Assembly: GCF_000016985.1 (NCBI RefSeq)
Contig: NC_009633.1
Coordinates: forward strand, 2,211,539 to 2,275,538
DNA from: Alkaliphilus metalliredigens QYMF
Lineage (GTDB): Bacteria > Bacillota > Clostridia > Peptostreptococcales > Natronincolaceae
Direction: 5' to 3'
Length of the DNA stretch: 64,000 nucleotides
In this document: piece by piece, positions 55,840-64,000 of the stretch
Layout of the letters: every line of letters begins with the position of its first letter
Numbering within the stretch: position 1 is the stretch's first letter
Translations under genes and position numbers: made by a program
The notes under the pieces: generated by a model
Seen by the model: the letters and a program-made list of their open reading frames with translations, nothing else
What the model was told of the DNA's origin: nothing
Databases searched by the model: none

Positions 55840-57503
55840 GTGGCACAAAGAATACGATTGGAAATGAATGATTGGCTATATAATGCAGGGCTAGTAGGAT
55901 TATATAATATTTTAGTTCATTCCGGAGAAAAGGTAAAAATGAATGAACAAGGAATCGAAATGGATCAATCTCAACTAGAAAACTTTGAAGAAAGGTACTT
56001 CACTTACTTTATTGAGAAATATGAAGTATATTTGTCCTGGTATAAGATCATATCATACAAAGATGTACTTACTTATCATCAAAAACAAAACTTTAATAGT
56101 TTTGGAGAAGAAGAACTAGATTCATTAAATCAGTATATAAAAGACGTTAAGCATTACTTGAGTAGCAATAGCTACAAAGCTGCATATGAACTCATCGGAA
56201 GTCAAGTGACTCTCTTAGAACTTGCAAAGAAATTGCAAACGATCAAGTTAAAGAAGAAAGAAACAATTGGAGAAAAGTTGATAGAAATTAAAGAGACAGT
56301 GAATAAATTAAATGAAATTATTGGCCACTGTATGGAGGAAGATTATAAGAAGTATTTAGCAGGTAAAAATGTTATTTATACGATTATCAAAAATGGATGG
56401 AATGGGGTAAGTATCCTAAATCCACAGACAAAAGAAAAAGACATATATATGGATTATAAGAATTATTTCGTGAAACCAGTTGAAGATTACATGGGTGATG
56501 ATAAAAGCACGAAAAAGTATAATTGTTTTACATGTGATAGAGAAATGAAAGACTTGAAGAATGACTTAAGCTTCTTGAATCAGGTTGGTTTCGATGTTAG
56601 CAGAAAAGCGTCTCACACTTGGGACTTTGTCAACGATATTGCAATCTGTCCGATCTGTAAACTTGTCTTTTCTTGTGTGCCTGCGGGGATGACATATGTT
56701 TACTCGAAAGGTATTTATATTAATGACAATAATAGTTTTCAAAGGGCAGTCAATGTAAACCAGAGAATAAAAAGTGAGATTTTAAAAGAACATGAGGACA
56801 ACCGGTTGTTAACCTATAGGGCCTTAGTTAAATCTATTCAAGAGCAGATTCATGAGAAAATTAAATATGAATTGGCTGATATTCAAGTAATTAGATACGA
56901 AGAGGAGAAGTACAGGTTTAATATCTTAACAAGACAAATGATAAAAATTATTCAACAATCTAAACATAGTTTAGGATATATTCACAATAGTGGATTTAAA
57001 GAAGTGAACACATATTTTAATATTTACGAGCTAGTAATTGAACGAGTATTGAATAATCAAAACCTATTTACACTTATACATAAGCTTCTTTCGTACAAAC
57101 TATCAAGCCCTAAGAATTGTAGATTTACAACATCGCAAGTTATTAGTGTTTTGGAAATAAACTTTAGATTTTTGGAAGGGATGGGCTATATGCAAAATGC
57201 AGATCAAGATATGATTAAAAAGGCAAATGTATCAGGCTATTACCTGCGAGAGCAATATAAAGTAAAAGGAGCAAAGGATAAGTTAAATGGAGTTTCTTAC
57301 CGTCTATTAAATGCACTGAAAACTAACAAAAAAGATATGTTTATGGATACTTTATTAAACTGTTATCTGTATGCTCAAAAGACAGTACCTAGTATATTCT
57401 TGGATGCCTTAGAGGATGAGGAAAAATATAAGACAATAGGATATGCTTTTGTGGCTGGATTAATTGAAGGTAAAGACCATCAAAATAAAGAGGGGGATCA
57501 ATA

Positions 57504-57504
<1 letters not shown>
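55840..57504 (+). CDS. cas8b: Cas8b (Csh1) large subunit, type I-B
   Basis: N-terminal 'WLYNAGLVGL'. Zn-finger-like 'CFTCD...CPICK'. Size and position between cas6 and cas7. Confidence 0.8.
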
Positions 57505-59154
<1,650 letters not shown>

Positions 59155-59175
59155 AAATGATATAGGAGGAAAACA

Positions 59176-61407
59176 ATGAAACGATATCTAGCAAAATCTA
59201 ATCCGGAAGAAACCATCCAGGAGCATACGGATCATTTGATTGAAAACTATAAGCTGTTAAAATTAATATATCCCAATTTACAAGTAAATTGGGATATATT
59301 ATATCTTGCATGCCTTTATCATGATTTAGGTAAAATGAACTTGAAGTTTCAAGATAAGATTAAAGGAATAAAAAAATCGGAAGACGAAATTCCCCATGGA
59401 ATTTTAAGTCTAGCGTTTATTAATTCAAAAGAGTTGAAAGATAAAGGGTTTAGTAAAAGCGATATAAAAATTTTAGCCCATGCCATCGCCTATCATCATG
59501 AAAGAGAGTTTAACTATGATCACAATGACATTAAAGAAGAAATAGAGTTGTTAAAAGGTGAAGGCATCCATTTTAGCTATGATAAGATAGAAAAAATAAG
59601 TGTCAAAAATTTAAGCGCAAAATATTTTTCCAAGGATAGAATTTATCAGCAAGAGGATGAAGAAATGTTTTTATCATATATCAAGGTAAAAGGCCTATTA
59701 AATCGAATTGACTATGCTTCTAGTGGAGATATAGACATAGAAGTGAAAAACAACTTCTTAAACAATTGTTTAAGAGATTTGATGAAAGAATGGCAAGAAA
59801 AAAACTCCAATGCAGAATGGAATGAATTACAAAGGCATATGCTCTTTCATAAAAATGATAATGTCATCGCTATTGCAGAAACGGGCATGGGGAAAACAGA
59901 AGCGGGTCTTTTATGGATTGGAGATAACAAAGGATTTTTTACGCTTCCACTTAAAACTGCTATCAATGCCATGTATGATCGTATCGCATTAGACATGATA
60001 AAAGAAGGCTATGAAAATAAAATTGGATTACTACATTCTGATACTTATAGTGAATACTTGAATCGAGATGGAGAGGCAATTGACATTGATGAATATTATA
60101 ACAAGACCAAACAATTATCCCTGCCGTTAACAATATGTACATTAGACCAAATTTTTGATTTTGTTTACCGATACAGAGGATTTGAGTCTAAGTTAGCTAC
60201 TTTAGCATATGCTAAGGTTGTGATTGATGAGGTTCAAATGTACTCAGCAGATTTACTAGCATATCTAATCATTGGATTGTCTTATATTACAAAAATTGGA
60301 GGCAAGTTTGCCATACTGACAGCCACTTTACCAGATTTGGTGCTGGATTTGTTACAAGAGGAAGAGATAACTTTTGTTTCTCCTAAAACCTTTACCAACA
60401 ATCAAAGGATTCGTCATAGTGTAAAAGTCCTCAATGAACAACTAAACCACAATACTGTTCTGGATTTATACAATGAAAACAAAGTATTAGTAATTTGTAA
60501 TACGGTAAAGGAAGCTCAAAGGATGTATAAGCTGTTGAAGGATTCAAAGAAAATAAGGAATTTGAATTTATTTCATAGTAACTTTATCAAGAAGGACCGT
60601 AAGGAAAAAGAAAAACAGATACTAGAAATAGGGCATAGGGAGTCTAAGCAATATGGGGTATGGGTAACGACTCAGGTAGTAGAAGCTTCTTTAGATATTG
60701 ATTTTGATATACTTATTACTGAATTATCAGATTTGAATGGACTCTTTCAACGAATGGGCAGATGCTACAGAGGGAGAGAGTGGGAGAAAGACGGATATAA
60801 CTGCTATGTATTTGATGGAGGAGCAGAAGAGTGTAGTGGTATTGGATATGTCATAGATGAGGATATTTTTCAATTATCCAAAACAGCGTTACAAGATGTT
60901 GGGGGGGAGTTAAAAGAAGAAAAGAAGATGAACTTGGTTCAATCTTTATATACTACAGAAAATTTAAAGGCTACAAAGTATTATAAACAAATCAAAAGTA
61001 ATATAGACTATGTAACCAGTATAGAAGACCATGAAAAATCTAAAAACGAAGTAAAGAAAATATTTAGGAATATCCATTCTATTACAGTAATTCCAAGAGA
61101 AGTATATGAAGAAAATCAAGAAGCAATTAGTGAGTATATTCTTATCTTATCCAAAAACTACAGTAAGCTCATGGATGAAGAAGAAAGAAGGGTACTAAGA
61201 ACAAAAAAGTCGGTCATTAGAAGTCGGTTAATGGAGTTTACGATGAGTGTGCCCTATCATAGGGGGCAAGGTAATATCATAAAAAATATCAATATCAATC
61301 GATATGAGTCTATTCCTATACTCAATTGCAACTACTCTAAAGAGTTAGGGATTCAGTACATTGAACAAAGTAAAGTGAAAAAGGCTCCATTTGATAATTT
61401 CATATAA
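59176..61407 (+). CDS. cas3: Cas3 HD nuclease-helicase fusion
   Basis: HD 'LACLYHDLGK', 'IAYHHE'. Helicase motifs 'AETGMGKTEA', 'VVIDEVQMY'. Confidence 0.9.
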   Translation: MKRYLAKSNPEETIQEHTDHLIENYKLLKLIYPNLQVNWDILYLACLYHDLGKMNLKFQDKIKGIKKSEDEIPHGILSLAFINSKELKDKGFSKSDIKILAHAIAYHHEREFNYDHNDIKEEIELLKGEGIHFSYDKIEKISVKNLSAKYFSKDRIYQQEDEEMFLSYIKVKGLLNRIDYASSGDIDIEVKNNFLNNCLRDLMKEWQEKNSNAEWNELQRHMLFHKNDNVIAIAETGMGKTEAGLLWIGDNKGFFTLPLKTAINAMYDRIALDMIKEGYENKIGLLHSDTYSEYLNRDGEAIDIDEYYNKTKQLSLPLTICTLDQIFDFVYRYRGFESKLATLAYAKVVIDEVQMYSADLLAYLIIGLSYITKIGGKFAILTATLPDLVLDLLQEEEITFVSPKTFTNNQRIRHSVKVLNEQLNHNTVLDLYNENKVLVICNTVKEAQRMYKLLKDSKKIRNLNLFHSNFIKKDRKEKEKQILEIGHRESKQYGVWVTTQVVEASLDIDFDILITELSDLNGLFQRMGRCYRGREWEKDGYNCYVFDGGAEECSGIGYVIDEDIFQLSKTALQDVGGELKEEKKMNLVQSLYTTENLKATKYYKQIKSNIDYVTSIEDHEKSKNEVKKIFRNIHSITVIPREVYEENQEAISEYILILSKNYSKLMDEEERRVLRTKKSVIRSRLMEFTMSVPYHRGQGNIIKNININRYESIPILNCNYSKELGIQYIEQSKVKKAPFDNFI

Positions 61408-61421
61408 AAAATGGGATTAGG

Positions 61422-61922
61422 GTGAGAGATATGCAAAAGATAACAGGTGTAATGGTGTACTATTATTTTGTCTGTCAAAGAAAACTATGGTTTTTTAGTC
61501 GTCACTATACAATGGAAGACAATAGTGAGTTGGTAAGTATGGGAAAATTGATAGACGAAACCTCATATAAAAGAGAAAAGAAAAATATTCTAATTGATGA
61601 AGAGATTAATATAGATTTTCTTAAGGATTGGAAAGTGATACACGAAGTTAAAAAGTCAAGAAAAGTGAATGAAGCTTCAAAATGGCAATTAAAATATTAT
61701 ATATGGCTATTGAGAAATAAAGGTGTTGAGATTGAGAAGGGGGTATTAGATTACCCCCTTCTTAGAAAAAGAGAAGATGTGTTTGTGAGTGAAAAGGATG
61801 GAAAAGATTTAAATGAGATATTAGATAAAATAGATGAGATCAGATCATTGAAAATTCCACCTGTGATCAGTACAAAAGGCATATGTAAAAAATGTGCTTA
61901 TTATGAGCTTTGCTACATATAG
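61422..61922 (+). CDS. cas4: Cas4 (RecB-like nuclease with 4Fe-4S Cys cluster)
   Basis: N-terminal 'YYFVCQRKLWFF'. C-terminal 'CKKCAYYELC'. Confidence 0.85.
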   Translation: MRDMQKITGVMVYYYFVCQRKLWFFSRHYTMEDNSELVSMGKLIDETSYKREKKNILIDEEINIDFLKDWKVIHEVKKSRKVNEASKWQLKYYIWLLRNKGVEIEKGVLDYPLLRKREDVFVSEKDGKDLNEILDKIDEIRSLKIPPVISTKGICKKCAYYELCYI

Positions 61923-61932
61923 GAGGGGTAAT

Positions 61933-62925
61933 GTGGGCGAGACTTTTTATATTTTCCAGGATGGTCAATTGAAAAGAAAAGATAATAATATAGTGATGAG
62001 CACATTATCGGGCCAGAAGAAAAATTTGAAATCTGAAGTAACAGATGAAATATATATTTTTGGTGAAATAGAGACAAACAGTAAACTACTTAATTTTTTA
62101 TCCCAGCAAAAAACTACGATGCATATTTTTAATTATTATGGTTTTTATAGTGGGAGCTTTTACCCTAGAGAAAGTAACGTAAGTGGACATTTGCTTGTAA
62201 ATCAAGTGAAAAAATATGATAATACTGAAGAACGAGTAAGAATTGCAAAAGAGATGTTGAAATCTGCTGCTCATAACATATACAGAAATTTAAGGTATTA
62301 CAATGGTAGAGGAACTGATGTTGAATCAGCTATGAAAGATATTCAGAGATTGATTAAGCGTTTAGATTACTGTGCAAGTATTCATGAACTTATGGGAACT
62401 GAGGGAAACATCAGAAAAATATACTACTCTACTTGGAATGCAATAGTGAAACAAGATATTAGATTTGAAAAAAGAAAGAAAAGACCCCCAGATAATTTGA
62501 TTAATTCATTGCTCTCTTTTGTAAATAGCTTGATTTATACCACTGTGCTGTCTGAAATATATAAGACACAATTAAATCCTACTATCAGTTATTTACATGA
62601 GCCAGGAACCAAGAGGTTTTCTTTATCCTTAGATATAGCAGAGATATTTAAACCTTTAATTGGTGAAAGAATGATATTTTCATTACTTAACAAAAATCAA
62701 ATCACTGAGCAGGATTTTGAAAAAGAATCTAATTACTTGTATTTGAAAGAAGCTGGTAAGAAGAAAATCTTAATAGAGTACGATCAACGACTTAAAAGAA
62801 CATTATTCCATAAAGGGCTGGGGCGAGAAGTTTCTTACCGATACTTGATTAGGTTAGAATGTTATAAGCTGATCAAAGATATTATTGATGAAAAACAATA
62901 TGATGGATTTAAAATTTGGTGGTGA
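61933..62925 (+). CDS. cas1: Cas1 integrase
   Basis: 'TFYIFQDGQLKRKDN', 'LMGTEGNIRKIYY', 'DPTISYLHEPGTKRFSLSLDIAEIFKP'. GTG 61933 after aggagggg. Confidence 0.85.
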   Translation: MGETFYIFQDGQLKRKDNNIVMSTLSGQKKNLKSEVTDEIYIFGEIETNSKLLNFLSQQKTTMHIFNYYGFYSGSFYPRESNVSGHLLVNQVKKYDNTEERVRIAKEMLKSAAHNIYRNLRYYNGRGTDVESAMKDIQRLIKRLDYCASIHELMGTEGNIRKIYYSTWNAIVKQDIRFEKRKKRPPDNLINSLLSFVNSLIYTTVLSEIYKTQLNPTISYLHEPGTKRFSLSLDIAEIFKPLIGERMIFSLLNKNQITEQDFEKESNYLYLKEAGKKKILIEYDQRLKRTLFHKGLGREVSYRYLIRLECYKLIKDIIDEKQYDGFKIWW

Positions 62926-62929
62926 GCAT

Positions 62930-63208
62930 ATGTATATCATTTTAATGTATGATATAATGATGGACAAGACTGGAGCCAAGGTACAGAGAAATACTTTTAA
63001 AATTTGCAAAAGGTATTTAACCCATATACAAAATTCTGTATTTGAAGGAAACTTGACGGAGTTAAACTTGATGAAATTGAAGAAAGAATTAAGTGAATAC
63101 ATCCGAAAGGAGCAAGATTCATTTATCATATTTAACAGTAGAGATGAGAAGTGGCTAACAAAAGAATTTTTAGGAAAAGAAGATGATAAAACATCTAATT
63201 TTTTTTAG
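62930..63208 (+). CDS. cas2: Cas2
   Basis: 'MYIILMYDIMMDKTGAKVQRNTFKICKRYLTHIQNSVFEG', the canonical Cas2 N-terminus. RBS ggtggtgag. Confidence 0.9.
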   Translation: MYIILMYDIMMDKTGAKVQRNTFKICKRYLTHIQNSVFEGNLTELNLMKLKKELSEYIRKEQDSFIIFNSRDEKWLTKEFLGKEDDKTSNFF

Positions 63209-63391
63209 AAACTCATCTGTCGACCTATGGTAGTGTAAAAAATAAGGGAGATAGACAATGATTGATAGCAACATGAATAAAAGGTATTTTGTGAAGAATT
63301 CATTTTTAGAAATACTTAATTTTTTGTAAAAGCTGTGGTTAGACAGGATATTAGCCAATAAGCCAGTTGTTTGAACGCTTTTAAGTGAACG

Positions 63392-64000
63392 CCCTTTAAT
63401 TGAACTAGAGTAGAATGTAAATGGTGTTACTGGACATAATAAATATTGCACCAGACTGCCTTTAATTGAACTAGAGTAGAATGTAAATAATAATTGTGAT
63501 GTGACTTAAATTATCCTTTGCTGCCTTTAATTGAACTAGAGTAGAATGTAAATTTTGGAGTAATTTGCAATCTGCTATATAATCCCTCCCCTTTAATTGA
63601 ACTAGAGTAGAATGTAAATTTGCATTGGCAAGCAATTCTAAAGCTTCGGTATTATCCCTTTAATTGAACTAGAGTAGAATGTAAATTTTTAAAACCATTA
63701 GAAAAGTCTTGTGGTGATGCAGTCCTTTAATTGAACTAGAGTAGAATGTAAATTATTTTGCATACATTGCTATAACCCTCAAATCATCTTCCTTTAATTG
63801 AACTAGAGTAGAATGTAAATGTGTTAGAACATTGTAGTAAAAACAGTATCGCCAACCCTTTAATTGAACTAGAGTAGAATGTAAATAAAGTATTCCGCTA
63901 TACTGGTTTTGTTCTTCTCAAAACCTTTAATTGAACTAGAGTAGAATGTAAATAGATTTAACAGTGTTGATACTAACATCATATTTTACACCTTTAATTG
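63392..64000 (+). CRISPR. CRISPR array, 30-bp repeat CCTTTAATTGAACTAGAGTAGAATGTAAAT, 9 complete spacers (35-37 bp), runs off the window end
   Basis: Repeats start at 63392, 63458, 63523, 63589, 63656, 63723, 63790, 63857, 63924 and 63991 (partial). The repeat ends in GAATGTAAAT, typical of Clostridial I-B arrays. Leader 63209-63391 adjoins cas2. Confidence 0.95.

Noticed and set aside
63392-63421. Alternative 29-bp repeat definition (without the leading C)
   Set aside because: All 10 copies are preceded by C, so the 30-bp definition is retained. Exact boundaries do not affect the array call.

Overview
This is a low-GC Firmicutes (Clostridia-like) chromosomal segment, judged from SspH, flotillin/NfeD, MscS and a pab-fol operon. 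It is dense in defence and mobile-element content.

Left end (about 0.6-9.2 kb): an HNH (HNH_2-type) restriction-like endonuclease, then a very AT-rich, tightly coupled three-gene cassette that I could not assign to any named defence system from memory. The three genes are:
- a 912-aa protein with two RNA-polymerase alpha-CTD-like HhH modules and a sigma-70 region-4-like HTH;
- a ParB/DUF262-like protein with a DGNRR motif;
- an 856-aa PLD(HKD)-nuclease fused to an SNF2-like helicase.
This cassette is the best candidate for a novel system.

9.5-12.8 kb (minus strand): an ECF sigma / anti-sigma / TPR membrane protein operon. The TPR gene carries a G10 homopolymer.

13.1-19.6 kb: a complete four-gene Wadjet (JetABCD) anti-plasmid system.

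Middle of the window (housekeeping):
- MscS channel, HD hydrolase, pabABC-folEPBK-DAHP synthase operon;
- a secreted serpin lipoprotein, SspH, a bPH membrane protein, NfeD and flotillin;
- hisS preceded by a His-codon leader peptide plus intrinsic terminator; I found no T-box motif;
- a PAS-GGDEF protein, a MEMO/LigB-like-AMMECR1 fusion with its radical SAM partner, a heterodimeric ABC exporter, YidC, an AI-2E transporter, a small alarmone synthetase and a K+ channel.

Right end:
- a class A PBP gene truncated just before its KTG motif, overlapped by a degenerate, truncated serine recombinase;
- XRE and WYL-domain regulators;
- an IS5/IS1182-family IS (12-bp TSD, imperfect IRs) inserted 21 bp upstream of cas6;
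- a complete type I-B cas operon (cas6-cas8b-cas7-cas5-cas3-cas4-cas1-cas2);
- a CRISPR array of 30-bp repeats (at least 9 spacers) running off the window.
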